Assembly: GCA_042095635.1 (NCBI GenBank)
Contig: JBELBA010000002.1
Location: 1 to 30,205, forward strand
Length of the DNA: 30,205 nt
Direction of reading: 5' to 3'
Origin: Chitinophagales bacterium
Lineage (GTDB): Bacteria > Bacteroidota > Bacteroidia > Chitinophagales > CAJXBJ01
The position numbers and the translations under genes were made by a program. Below the pieces are notes generated by a model. That model was not told the DNA's origin and did not search any database. It was given only the letters and a program-made list of their open reading frames with translations. This document shows, one piece after another, positions 8,120-17,588 of the stretch (within the stretch, counting starts at the first letter, position 1; each line of letters begins with the position of its first letter).

Positions 8120-9906
8120 CCAAAGAGGAATTCAAAAAATTCTCGAATAAACTTCCTCATCAGCCAGGTATCTACAAGTATTTAGATAAGGAAAGTAATC
8201 TACTTTATATTGGTAAAGCTAAAGACTTATTTAAAAGAGTAAGTTCGTACTTTAATAAAGAAGGTAACAGTAGAAGAATTAACTTAATGCTTTCGCATAC
8301 GCAGCTAATTGATTTTACTGTTGTAAGAACGGAACAAGATGCACTTATTCTTGAAAATAATCTTATTAAAGAATTTCAACCTAAGTACAATATTCTATTA
8401 AAGGACGGTAAGACATATCCTTATATTTGTATCAAGAAAGAGCGTTTTCCCAGAATTTTTTCAACTAGAAGACTAATTAAAGATGGCTCGGAATACCTAG
8501 GTCCATTTAGCTCTAGTACAATGGTTAAATCTTTGTTAGAATTAATTAAAGATTCTTATCAAATAAGATCGTGTAATTTTAATCTTGCTCAACACCATAT
8601 TGACAACAAGAAGTATAAAATCTGTCTAGATTATCACATAAAAAAATGTAAAGGACCATGTGAAGGATTACAATCTGAAGAAGCTTATAATGATCAAATC
8701 AATCAGATCAGAAATATCCTTAAAGGAAATATCAGAAAAGTAATTAATGAGGTTAAAGAAAGTATTGGATCAGCATCGGAAGATCTCAACTTTGAAAAAG
8801 CCCATGAACTTTCTGAAACCCTAAATTTACTATCCAAATATCAGAGTAAATCTGAGATTAGCAGTTATAACATTGATGATTTAGATGTATTTGCTGTAAT
8901 GAAACATGAGGAAAATTCTTATGTAAATTATCTACAGATAAAAAATGGATCATTATTATTTTCTAGAACGATCGAAGTAAAAAACAAACTAGACGAAGAG
9001 GAAAGTATCTTATTAGCAGAAGCAATTTATAGATTAAGAAAGGATATTAACTCCGAAACAAAAGACATAATAGTTAACAGAAGTGTGGAACTAGAATTCT
9101 TAGATATAAAAGCAAATATCCCTTCTAGAGGGACAAAAAAGGATTTAATAAATCTAGCTATTCAAAACCTCAGAGTGCATATAGAAAATAAGATTAAGGA
9201 ACAGGAAACTAAAAAAGCCATTAACAAATACCTTCTACAAATGAAGATAGATCTTCATTTAAAGGATGTACCATATCATATAGAGTGTTTTGACAACTCT
9301 AATATACAGGGAACAACTCCCGTAGCTAGTTGTGTTGTTTTTAAAAATGGAAAGCCAGCTAAAAGAGATTACAGACACTTTCATGTAAAAACAGTTGTTG
9401 GACCAGATGACTTTTCTTCTATGAAAGAGATTGTTTATAGACGATATAAGCGCCTCTTATCTGAAAATGAACCAATCCCTCAACTTATAGTAATTGATGG
9501 AGGTAAAGGCCAGCTAAGCTCGGCTGTTGAAAGCTTGAAAGAACTAGACTTATTTGGTAAGGTTGCAGTTATAGGAATCGCAAAACGATTAGAAGAGATC
9601 TATTATCCAAATGATTCTATTCCTTTATATCTGGATAAGAAATCCATGAGCTTAAAACTAATTCAACAACTAAGAAATGAAGCACATAGATTTGCAATCA
9701 CTTTCCATCGAAATGTAAGGGATAAGAAAAACTTTAATAGCGAATTAGAACAAATAGAAGGAATAGGTAAAAAAACTGTTCAAACTTTATTAAAAGAGTT
9801 TAGATCAATCAAGAAAATTTCAGAACAAAACCTAAGTTCTTTGTCTAAACATATTAAGCCAAATAAAGCTGAATTAATCATTAAGTACTTTAATCAGGAG
9901 AAATAA
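8116..9906 (+). CDS. uvrC: Excinuclease ABC subunit C
   Basis: GIY-YIG (PGIYKY...YIGKAK), Cys-rich region, UVR coil, HIECFDNS, IDGGKGQ and HhH (IEGIGKK). ATGA overlap with the PBP1A stop. Confidence 0.97.
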   Translation: MTKEEFKKFSNKLPHQPGIYKYLDKESNLLYIGKAKDLFKRVSSYFNKEGNSRRINLMLSHTQLIDFTVVRTEQDALILENNLIKEFQPKYNILLKDGKTYPYICIKKERFPRIFSTRRLIKDGSEYLGPFSSSTMVKSLLELIKDSYQIRSCNFNLAQHHIDNKKYKICLDYHIKKCKGPCEGLQSEEAYNDQINQIRNILKGNIRKVINEVKESIGSASEDLNFEKAHELSETLNLLSKYQSKSEISSYNIDDLDVFAVMKHEENSYVNYLQIKNGSLLFSRTIEVKNKLDEEESILLAEAIYRLRKDINSETKDIIVNRSVELEFLDIKANIPSRGTKKDLINLAIQNLRVHIENKIKEQETKKAINKYLLQMKIDLHLKDVPYHIECFDNSNIQGTTPVASCVVFKNGKPAKRDYRHFHVKTVVGPDDFSSMKEIVYRRYKRLLSENEPIPQLIVIDGGKGQLSSAVESLKELDLFGKVAVIGIAKRLEEIYYPNDSIPLYLDKKSMSLKLIQQLRNEAHRFAITFHRNVRDKKNFNSELEQIEGIGKKTVQTLLKEFRSIKKISEQNLSSLSKHIKPNKAELIIKYFNQEK

Positions 9907-9934
9907 AAAAGCCCCGTTTAAGAAACGAGGCTTT
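9905..9934 (-). terminator. Intrinsic terminator of the gldKLMN operon, probably also serving uvrC
   Basis: Minus strand GCCTCGTTT-CTT-AAACGGGGC (one U-G pair) followed by a run of U residues, between convergent uvrC and gldN. Confidence 0.85.
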
Positions 9935-9955
9935 AATTATAATATTAGATATAGT

Positions 9956-10798
9956 CTAGTAAGACCATAAATCGTGTTCTTTCTCAAACATTTCTTGTCT
10001 AATTCTATCATGTTCTAATAAAGCATCGATTCCAGAACCAGCATAATCCTTAATTCTTCTTCCGTAAACATTAGACTCTTGCATGATATAAGAACTAAAT
10101 AATCTCATTTCAAATAAATCATCCCATGCAATTAACTGCGCATCATTCATTGGGTTAAATACTTCCTCATTTACTAAGATGTTCCTTAAATGAGGGTAGT
10201 AGAACCAAAACATAGGCACATCTGCAATAAAGTTACCATTCTCATCATATCTAGATTCAATTGGAGCAACTCCTAAGATTCTAACATATAAAGTAGATTG
10301 TTGCTTATCAAAGATCCAATCCTCCTTAACTCTATAAGATCTAATGTTATCTCTATTTAACTCTCTTTCGAAAATCTCATATCTTTCTTCTAAAGTAATA
10401 GGGTCAATAACTAATTGTGTATCAGCACCTCTACCGTAGTTCTTCACTTCTTCAAGCGTTAAAGCCGTTGTAAACTGATCATCTCCCGTTCCGTAAGCTG
10501 AAATTACACCTTCATATGCATTGTCTAAAAGAATATCAATAAACTTTCTTTCAGGATAAATGAATGGCTTATTCATTTTCTCATTAACATTGATAACTCT
10601 CCAAATACGCTTCTCATAGAATACATCTGCTTCTCTAAGATGTGTATATGCAATTATTTGTCTACTAGTCGTTCTTACAACATCATAAGCTCTGTCTCTA
10701 ACAGTAGGCTCACCAGTTAGACTAGCTCCTCCACCTTGAGCAAACATCACAATTGATGCACTCAATAACAATACTATAATTAAACCTTTCTTTGCCAT
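9956..10798 (-). CDS. gldN: Gliding motility/T9SS ring protein GldN/PorN
   Basis: LREADVFYEKRIWRVI, YRVKEDWIFDKQ, VRILGVAP, MFWFYYP, DDLFEMRLFSS and the C-terminal EHDLWSY. Confidence 0.95.
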   Translation of the reverse strand: MAKKGLIIVLLLSASIVMFAQGGGASLTGEPTVRDRAYDVVRTTSRQIIAYTHLREADVFYEKRIWRVINVNEKMNKPFIYPERKFIDILLDNAYEGVISAYGTGDDQFTTALTLEEVKNYGRGADTQLVIDPITLEERYEIFERELNRDNIRSYRVKEDWIFDKQQSTLYVRILGVAPIESRYDENGNFIADVPMFWFYYPHLRNILVNEEVFNPMNDAQLIAWDDLFEMRLFSSYIMQESNVYGRRIKDYAGSGIDALLEHDRIRQEMFEKEHDLWSY

Positions 10799-10808
10799 AA
10801 CTTAATAT

Positions 10809-12524
10809 TTACAATATCTCAAATACAATACTTGGTAGCGTTCTCTTTGATCCGTCGTCTCCTTTTACCTTAATATTAGTAAAGATATATTTCGCTTTCG
10901 GGATTGCATCCCTGATTGCTGTTTTAATAGGTCCGCTAAAAATTGGTCCTTTTCCTTTAAGAATTTGTGGATCTTTTCTTGGTTTGATAAATGTTAACTC
11001 ATAACTCACCACCTTAAACTTAAAATCAAAGTCAAAGTTCTTTAATACCGGAATTAAACCTTGTTGAGATTTAAATTTACCACGCGGAACTTTACCACCT
11101 TCTAACTTACCACCCACTGTAGCAATTGGATCGGGAACTCTTTTAACCCTGAATTCTCCACCTTTTAATTTAGATTTGGAACCATCCTTTTCTTTTACAG
11201 TAAGATTTACTTGTACGGTACCAGTCTTAGTTGGTTTCACATTCCAAGCAACACCTTTCTGTCTCTTACATGGAGAACCGTCTGAAATAGACATAGTTAC
11301 GAAGTCTGGTTTGTATCCAGGTACAACTGCAGACATAGGATTATCAACCCCTACATACATTACATTCATCTTTAATGCAGAAACAACACAAGAACCTTTA
11401 CCAGCAACTGTATACATTTCTTCAAAAGGATACCATCTTACTTTTCCAGATTTCTTTTTGATCATTATTGCACCTTCATAAGTTTTAGGACCAACACCAC
11501 TTCCTACATTAGGTATCTTAAATGACCCTCTGCTTGTTTCAGTTAATTCTAATTCTTCTAATTCTTCTTTAGTTTCATTAAAAGGCCAATATGAATCTGC
11601 CTTGTCTGCTGCAATTTCAATACCAGCTGCACAATAGACACCAGGCATTGGTTCACCTGTTACAGAATCTTTTTTTGAGGCTGCTAATTTTGCTTCATCA
11701 GATAATGTACCAATATAAACACTAGGCTTTTGAGTAGAATTCCAAGCAGCTAAAAATATTTCAGAATTATACTCTTTTCCTGGTTCTACAAATTTTGATT
11801 CAGCCATGACTAAAGGGGCCATTCTGTCTACTGATATAACATCTGCTCCTAACTCCTTGATAAAGTAGTTATACATTGTTATTTCAGAAGATCTTACTCT
11901 AGATCCAAGTTCTGATAAGGTTGCCATTACAGCAGATAAAGGAACATGAAAAGTGGTGTAAGACCAAGAAACAGTTTCTCCGTCTCCAACATTTAATTCC
12001 TGAGGAATTTCAGTATGTAATTTCACTTTATTCGTGTCATTATCCACCATTTCCATCCATTCAGTTCTACAAAGATTTAATGCTTCTCTGATTTCATCAC
12101 CAATACCTAATCCTCCTTCAGAAGGAGGTCCCATGTAATGTGGTCCAAAATCATTATTATCTGTTTGCTCTAATTCTAATAGTCCGTGAGATAAATCCAC
12201 ATAACCACCACCAGCAATTTCTAATTCAGCTTTAACTTCTGCAATTTTATCCTTTACAATCTGAGCTTTTTCATTAATTTTTATTGAATAATTATAGAAA
12301 TCTTTAACATCAGGATTTTCTTGATCATTATTGTAAATCTGTCTTATTTTTGAACGTAACTCATCAATTTTAACTTCTTGTTGAGTAATTGCATTTTCAA
12401 TTGAAATTTCTAATGATCTAAATGCAGCTAATACCTCTTTACCAGTATTCAGCGCTAATAAGGCCATTAATACCAAATACATCATATTGATCATCTGCAT
12501 TCGGGGATCCTTCGGTACTGACAT
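10809..12524 (-). CDS. gldM: T9SS/gliding motor subunit GldM/PorM
   Basis: PRMQMINMMYLVLMALLALN (TM helix with the conserved Arg and Tyr), KMNVMYVGVDNP and EFRVKRVPDP. Confidence 0.95.
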   Translation of the reverse strand: MSVPKDPRMQMINMMYLVLMALLALNTGKEVLAAFRSLEISIENAITQQEVKIDELRSKIRQIYNNDQENPDVKDFYNYSIKINEKAQIVKDKIAEVKAELEIAGGGYVDLSHGLLELEQTDNNDFGPHYMGPPSEGGLGIGDEIREALNLCRTEWMEMVDNDTNKVKLHTEIPQELNVGDGETVSWSYTTFHVPLSAVMATLSELGSRVRSSEITMYNYFIKELGADVISVDRMAPLVMAESKFVEPGKEYNSEIFLAAWNSTQKPSVYIGTLSDEAKLAASKKDSVTGEPMPGVYCAAGIEIAADKADSYWPFNETKEELEELELTETSRGSFKIPNVGSGVGPKTYEGAIMIKKKSGKVRWYPFEEMYTVAGKGSCVVSALKMNVMYVGVDNPMSAVVPGYKPDFVTMSISDGSPCKRQKGVAWNVKPTKTGTVQVNLTVKEKDGSKSKLKGGEFRVKRVPDPIATVGGKLEGGKVPRGKFKSQQGLIPVLKNFDFDFKFKVVSYELTFIKPRKDPQILKGKGPIFSGPIKTAIRDAIPKAKYIFTNIKVKGDDGSKRTLPSIVFEIL

Positions 12525-12569
12525 AGTTTCTTTTTAGATTGGTTTTTTTGAGAATTGTAAAATACCGAT

Positions 12570-13466
12570 TTACTGTTGATTCCCTGCTGCAGACATTGCT
12601 GTGAGCATATTTCCGTAAACATTATTTAAAGTAGAGATATTATTAGCTAAAACTGCTACCTCTTCTCTATAACGTTTAGTATCCTCTGCTGAATCCTCTA
12701 AAGTTGTCATGATAGTATTCACACTTGAATAAAATTGATCAATAGATTTGAAAGTATTGCTTCCATTCTCTAATTCCATTTGATACATTTCATTCAAAGC
12801 ATTAAGGTTACCAGATAATGCAACCATAGATTGTTTATACTCTCCGGCTTCACTAGCAAAAGCTGTTAAATTATCAGCAGCATCTGTGGCTTTACCGTAA
12901 GCTATACCCATTTCTTCTAAACCTTTAGCAGCTCCCATCGCTTTTTCAGAGAATTCTTGTGTTACAACTGATACATCAGTCATGTTTCCAAGCGTATTTA
13001 ATCCCGATCCAAGCTTTTCTAAGTTAGTTCCTAACGATTGAATAATATCTGGACCTATTGCAGCTTCTGATAATGCTTCATCTAATTGTAAAGAAAGTGA
13101 TTTTTCATCATCATCCATTGCAACATTAGCGATATCGGTTGTAGCAGCACCTTCAACTTCTTGATGACCATGTGGTTGTCCAGCGTGATGTTCTTCTCCT
13201 TCATATTCATGCTCGGCATGCGGATTTATGTCCAATCCTGGATAATATTTTTCCCAGTGATATTCTTTATGAGGAGGTAATACTCCGAACATAACAAAGA
13301 GTACTGCTTCTACAGACATTCCTAAAATCAACATCGCCATTGCTCCTGGCCAGTGTGTAATTTTAAATAATGCTCCTAGGATCACAACGGCGGCACCGAT
13401 ACATGTGATCATATTTTTTGTTTTAGCCCCTTTCTCTGTCTCGAAATATGCAATTAGTTTCTTCAT
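12570..13466 (-). CDS. gldL: T9SS/gliding motor subunit GldL/PorL
   Basis: GAAVVILGALFKITHWPGA...LGMSVEAVLF (two TMs, conserved TM2 Glu), WEKYYP, a coiled-coil tail and the C-terminal LNNVYGNMLTAM. Confidence 0.95.
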   Translation of the reverse strand: MKKLIAYFETEKGAKTKNMITCIGAAVVILGALFKITHWPGAMAMLILGMSVEAVLFVMFGVLPPHKEYHWEKYYPGLDINPHAEHEYEGEEHHAGQPHGHQEVEGAATTDIANVAMDDDEKSLSLQLDEALSEAAIGPDIIQSLGTNLEKLGSGLNTLGNMTDVSVVTQEFSEKAMGAAKGLEEMGIAYGKATDAADNLTAFASEAGEYKQSMVALSGNLNALNEMYQMELENGSNTFKSIDQFYSSVNTIMTTLEDSAEDTKRYREEVAVLANNISTLNNVYGNMLTAMSAAGNQQ

Positions 13467-13539
13467 AAAGATTTATTGTTTTCAGGTTTTTGGTTGTAAT
13501 AATGTAAATTAATAAAAATTTCGATAAAAACTAATTTTA

Positions 13540-14826
13540 CTAGTTGATTCCATCATTAATTGACCTACCTAAGAACGACATAACACATCTAAATCCTATA
13601 TAAGACTTCGTAGTATCCTGGTATTCGTAAGACCTAGTACCAGTGTGCATGTAATAAGAAATATCCTTCCATGATCCTCCTCTAATTACTTTTCTCTTTA
13701 AGGTAATCGGATCATCATCCTGAGCATCATATCTATAATCTGGATTAAAATCATGTTCAAAAGAATTTACATTCTCCTCAAAAGCGTTAGCAGTCCATTC
13801 TGCAACGTTTCCTGACATATTATATAATCCAAAATCATTTGCCCAATAAGAATTAACTTTTACAGTATATAACCCACCATCATCTGGATAATTACCTCTA
13901 CCTGGCTTGAAATTAGCAAGAATACATCCTTTACCATTTCGAACATAAGGTCCACCCCAAGGGAATGGAGATAATTTCTTTCCACCTCTTGCAGCATACT
14001 CCCACTCAAACTCGGTAGGTAATCTAAACTCATCAGCTCTTGTTTCTCCGATATAAGATCTCCAATCTGCAAACAATCTTGTTCTCCATATTGAGAAAGC
14101 CGTAGCTTGAACCCATGAAATACCTACAACAGGATAATTATCATAGGCAGGGTGAGAAAAATAGTTTCTTGCCATTGGCTCATTATAAGCATAAGAAAAG
14201 TCTCTTATCCATACTAATGTATCTGGATAAACATTGATTGTCTTAGTTTTAATAAGGTCTTTCCTTTCAATTGTAGACTCTCCATTTCTTTCTTTAATCT
14301 TGTTTTTTGATGCTTGAAGTAAATCAACCCAAGAGTATTCATAATTTAATTTTCTAGGATCAATTTTCTTCTTACCCCAGAATCTTTCTTCCTCAGGATA
14401 ATATAATTCCTCGATCAACTCCTGAGTTTCTTCATCATCCCATCTAATTCTAACAGACCAATCAATCATTTCTGTACCTTGATCTGTTTCGATGATATGC
14501 TCATCTCCGATTAGCTTGTGTGCAATTGAATCTCTGATATACTCGACAAACTGTCTATATTCATTATTAGAAATTTCTGTATCATCCATGTAGAAACCTG
14601 GAATTGAGACTTGCTTAGATCTTTGAACTAATGCAAAGTTCACATCTTGATCACCAGGACCAATATGCAATGTACCTGTAGGTACATAAACCATTCCGTA
14701 TGGCATTATGTGATACCATATAGGTCTATCTAAGGTTCCTAATAAGTTACCTTTGTAAGACATCCCGCATCCAACGAATACGGCCATTAAAATTAACGCT
14801 TTAGCGTAGTATACTATCCTCCTCAT
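13540..14826 (-). CDS. gldK: T9SS/gliding ring lipoprotein GldK/PorK (FGE-sulfatase fold)
   Basis: Lipobox VFVGC, PYGMVYVP, FYMDDTEISNNEYRQFV, YFSHPAYDNYPVVG, RLPTEFEWEYAARGG, ANFKPGRG and RGGSWKD...GFRC. The start at 14826 (MRRIVYY) is preferred because the ORF-track TTG at 14856 lies inside a -7 promoter element. Confidence 0.95.
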   Translation of the reverse strand: MRRIVYYAKALILMAVFVGCGMSYKGNLLGTLDRPIWYHIMPYGMVYVPTGTLHIGPGDQDVNFALVQRSKQVSIPGFYMDDTEISNNEYRQFVEYIRDSIAHKLIGDEHIIETDQGTEMIDWSVRIRWDDEETQELIEELYYPEEERFWGKKKIDPRKLNYEYSWVDLLQASKNKIKERNGESTIERKDLIKTKTINVYPDTLVWIRDFSYAYNEPMARNYFSHPAYDNYPVVGISWVQATAFSIWRTRLFADWRSYIGETRADEFRLPTEFEWEYAARGGKKLSPFPWGGPYVRNGKGCILANFKPGRGNYPDDGGLYTVKVNSYWANDFGLYNMSGNVAEWTANAFEENVNSFEHDFNPDYRYDAQDDDPITLKRKVIRGGSWKDISYYMHTGTRSYEYQDTTKSYIGFRCVMSFLGRSINDGIN

Positions 14827-14853
14827 GACTAAAAATTTCATTAGGCAATACAA

Positions 14854-14861
14854 CAAATATA
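14854..14861 (-). promoter_or_regulatory. Housekeeping sigma70-type -7 element for gldK
   Basis: Minus strand TATATTTG, an exact match to TAnnTTTG, 27 nt upstream of the preferred gldK ATG. No canonical TTTG at -33. Confidence 0.7.
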
Positions 14862-14894
14862 ATAAAATTTTTCCATCTCGACGCGCATTGCTTG

Positions 14895-14921
14895 TACGGA
14901 AGGTCTTTTATTAAGGTTACA
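14895..14921 (-). promoter_or_regulatory. Candidate ECF sigma-factor promoter upstream of gldK
   Basis: Minus strand TGTAAC-N17-CGTA, the typical ECF -35 AAC / -10 CGT arrangement. Confidence 0.4.
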
Positions 14922-14972
14922 GTTGTATTGATTAAAATACAATTTTATTCTTATTTATCCACAATTCCAGTC

Positions 14973-15977
14973 TTACATATGTCTAGGACAGTATGTTGTT
15001 TCAGGTCTATTCTGACCGATTCCGAAATTCAATAGTCTATATTTAAATAAAAATTCGTGTGTTCCTCCACTGAAAGCTCCAATAGAAGACGCTGTTAGGT
15101 CGTAAGCATAACCTACACTTACTTGATTAGTTACGTGAGCTCCAAAATTAAATACGAATGCATCCGCACTATATCTTGTAACTCCTCTTATACCAACGCC
15201 AGCCCATATCTCATTATTGTATTGAACGTTTGTATTGATATCTAATTGACTTTTTCTAAATGTTGTTTTATATAATACAGACGGCATTATAACATAATCT
15301 ACACCTACATCAAATGCTCTACCTCCCATCAAAAATAAATTCCTAGACGAATTTAAAGTTACTTGATCAATGGACAGTTTAGAACCTAACATATGAGTCA
15401 TAGAACCTCCAATGTAAAAGTCTGAAGCGTAATAATATGTACCAAAAGACATGTCAATTGCCGCATCAGAAGCTAAACCATTTGGAATTGCATCATCATT
15501 ATGATCAGTTTGTCCACCTTCATAATATCCGTCCGGAGAACGAAAGACACTTCCATCAATTGAGAACTGTGTCAAATTTAATCCTAAACCAGCACTCAAA
15601 CTTCTTCTATCTCCTGAATTTGTTCTCCAATAGATTCTAGGTGCATAATTAAAATTAAAGTTAGTTGTCCTTTGCGTTCCTATTTGATCGTTAAGAATAG
15701 TGAATCCCATTCCACCAAAAGCTTTTTCTACTGGTGTATCAAACGAAATAAACTGGGATCTAGGTGCTCCATCAAAACCCATCCATTGGTCTCTATACAT
15801 TAGGGAAACAGTACTAATTTCATCAATACCTGTAAATCCTGGATTAAATACCATCTTACTAAACATGTATTGAGAAAACTGAGGATCTTGTTGCGCAAAA
15901 AGTTCTTTTCCCACTAGTGAATAGAACACTAATAGAATCCAAATTACCCTTGAGTTTACTATAATTTTGCTTAACAA
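14973..15977 (-). CDS. porP: T9SS outer-membrane beta-barrel PorP/SprF family protein
   Basis: Signal peptide followed by QQDPQFSQYM, FNPGFTG, YRDQW, GYAYD and GTHE; located directly upstream of gldK. Confidence 0.92.
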   Translation of the reverse strand: MLSKIIVNSRVIWILLVFYSLVGKELFAQQDPQFSQYMFSKMVFNPGFTGIDEISTVSLMYRDQWMGFDGAPRSQFISFDTPVEKAFGGMGFTILNDQIGTQRTTNFNFNYAPRIYWRTNSGDRRSLSAGLGLNLTQFSIDGSVFRSPDGYYEGGQTDHNDDAIPNGLASDAAIDMSFGTYYYASDFYIGGSMTHMLGSKLSIDQVTLNSSRNLFLMGGRAFDVGVDYVIMPSVLYKTTFRKSQLDINTNVQYNNEIWAGVGIRGVTRYSADAFVFNFGAHVTNQVSVGYAYDLTASSIGAFSGGTHEFLFKYRLLNFGIGQNRPETTYCPRHM

Positions 15978-16102
15978 AGTGAAGCTTATTTTCTTCTATT
16001 TATTCTTACAATACGCATAAACATAAATAAACGGTCCATTAAAATCAAATTAATTTCAGCCGTAAGCTATACCTACTTTGAATTTATACTGTTAAAATAA
16101 AC

Positions 16103-16134
16103 AAAAAAGCCCATCCAAGAGAATGGATAGGCTT
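16103..16134 (-). terminator. Intrinsic terminator after hemD
   Basis: Minus strand AAGCCTATCCA-TTCTCT-TGGATGGGCTT followed by TTTTGTTT. Confidence 0.8.
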
Positions 16135-16160
16135 GATATATTCTTCTAGTTTATGTTTAT

Positions 16161-16940
16161 CTATTTTTTTACTTTGTCCAAATATTTTTGAATAGCCATT
16201 GTCATTGATGGACACTCTGGTGATGGCACTTGAATATCTGCTGTTAACCCAGCATCCTCTACCGCCTTTAGTGTGGTAGGTCCAAAAGTTGCAATTCTTG
16301 TTGCTCCTTGCTCAAAATCAGGGAAATTGATGTGTAATGACTTAATCCCTGTAGGACTAAAAAACACTAACATATCATATTTAATATCTGATAGGTCTGA
16401 TAAATCAGAAGCGACAGTTTTATATAAAATTGCTTCGTTAAAAGCCATTCCATTTTCAGCTAAAAAGTTAGGAAGTTCATCTTTTCTTACATCTGAACAT
16501 GGATATAAAAAGTTCTCAGCTTTATGTTTCATTAATAATTCTAATAAAGAAGCTAATCTTCCAGTTCCAAAGAAAACCTTTCTTTTTCTATACTGAATAT
16601 ATTTTTGAAGATATAAAGCAATCGATTCAGAAGTACAGAAGTATTTAGTTGTATGAGGCATTTGAATCCTCATTTCCTCACACATTCTGAAATAATGATC
16701 AATTGCATTCCTACTTGTAAATATTATACCAGTATGATCTAAAATATTAACTTTTTGTTTTCTAAATTCTCTCGGAGAAATTCCATCCACTTGGATAAAT
16801 TTCCTAAAATCCAAATTAATACCATACTTCTTAGCGATATCGTAATAAGGAGAATTCTTATTCTCAGGTTCCGGTTGAGAAATCAATATACTATTAACAT
16901 CAGCGTCTTTCAATGTCTTTGCAGTTTTTACTTCAGCCAT
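16161..16940 (-). CDS. hemD: Uroporphyrinogen-III synthase (Bacteroidota HemD type)
   Basis: ILISQP, IIFTSRNAIDHYF, YFCTSESIALYLQKYIQYRKRK, LYKTV, DMLVFFSPTGIKSL and IATFGPTT. Confidence 0.9.
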   Translation of the reverse strand: MAEVKTAKTLKDADVNSILISQPEPENKNSPYYDIAKKYGINLDFRKFIQVDGISPREFRKQKVNILDHTGIIFTSRNAIDHYFRMCEEMRIQMPHTTKYFCTSESIALYLQKYIQYRKRKVFFGTGRLASLLELLMKHKAENFLYPCSDVRKDELPNFLAENGMAFNEAILYKTVASDLSDLSDIKYDMLVFFSPTGIKSLHINFPDFEQGATRIATFGPTTLKAVEDAGLTADIQVPSPECPSMTMAIQKYLDKVKK

Positions 16941-16945
16941 AAACT

Positions 16946-17587
16946 TTAGATTTTATCAAAAATCAACTCTATAATGAGCCAATTTGGCAAAATTTCTAGC
17001 GTACAAAAATAAATAAAAAAATATATTTTATGAAATTTTACATATTTGTTGGCTAATTGCATGAGTTTAAAAACTCTTATAAACACAGCAATAGCAAAAA
17101 GAATAATCAATATCCAAAGACTAATTATCTTAACATTAGTTGTTGATAAATAAGCCATTATGATAATAGGTAGCGATATGATTGATAATAATTTATATAT
17201 AAGATTAATATTATATTTATAAAATTCAAAAATGATCGTTTTACCTGTTAAAAAACCGATAAACTTAAAGAATTGAGATTTCAGAAATAGTGCAACAAGA
17301 AGAAGTCCTGCAATCAAAAACACATCAAAATCAACATCATAGGAGCCTTTTGCAATCTGAAATACTAATGCTAATTCAATTGCAAATAAAAATTGTAAAA
17401 TAAATTCATTTAGATTCTTTTTCCCTTCAATTGATTTAAAATCATGTTTAGCTTCAAATGTAGAACTTAACATTCTAAATTTATTCTTAAGAATATTTCG
17501 CTCTTTTGAAAAAACCCACACCCATACTCCTACTATTGCTAGTAATAAGTATACAGTGATTGTGTTATCAAATGCTTTAAATTCCAT
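16946..17587 (-). CDS. DUF4271-domain polytopic membrane protein
   Basis: Several TM helices, the C-terminal YFFIYFCTLEILP motif and the usual position upstream of hemD. The start at 17587 avoids overlap with the upstream gene (ORF-track start 17626). Confidence 0.8.
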   Translation of the reverse strand: MEFKAFDNTITVYLLLAIVGVWVWVFSKERNILKNKFRMLSSTFEAKHDFKSIEGKKNLNEFILQFLFAIELALVFQIAKGSYDVDFDVFLIAGLLLVALFLKSQFFKFIGFLTGKTIIFEFYKYNINLIYKLLSIISLPIIIMAYLSTTNVKIISLWILIILFAIAVFIRVFKLMQLANKYVKFHKIYFFIYFCTLEILPNWLIIELIFDKI

Positions 17588-17588
17588 T

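Noticed and set aside
11176-11481. 101-aa plus-strand ORF
   Set aside because: Antisense shadow of gldM.
13860-14072. 70-aa same-strand, alternative-frame ORF in gldK
   Set aside because: Fully nested in a highly conserved region of gldK; no independent signals.
15437-15640. 67-aa His-rich plus-strand ORF
   Set aside because: Antisense to porP; the His codons are complements of porP Asp/Asn-rich sequence.
16273-16949. ORFs 16273-16596 (+) and 16755-16949 (-)
   Set aside because: Antisense and alternative-frame shadows of hemD.
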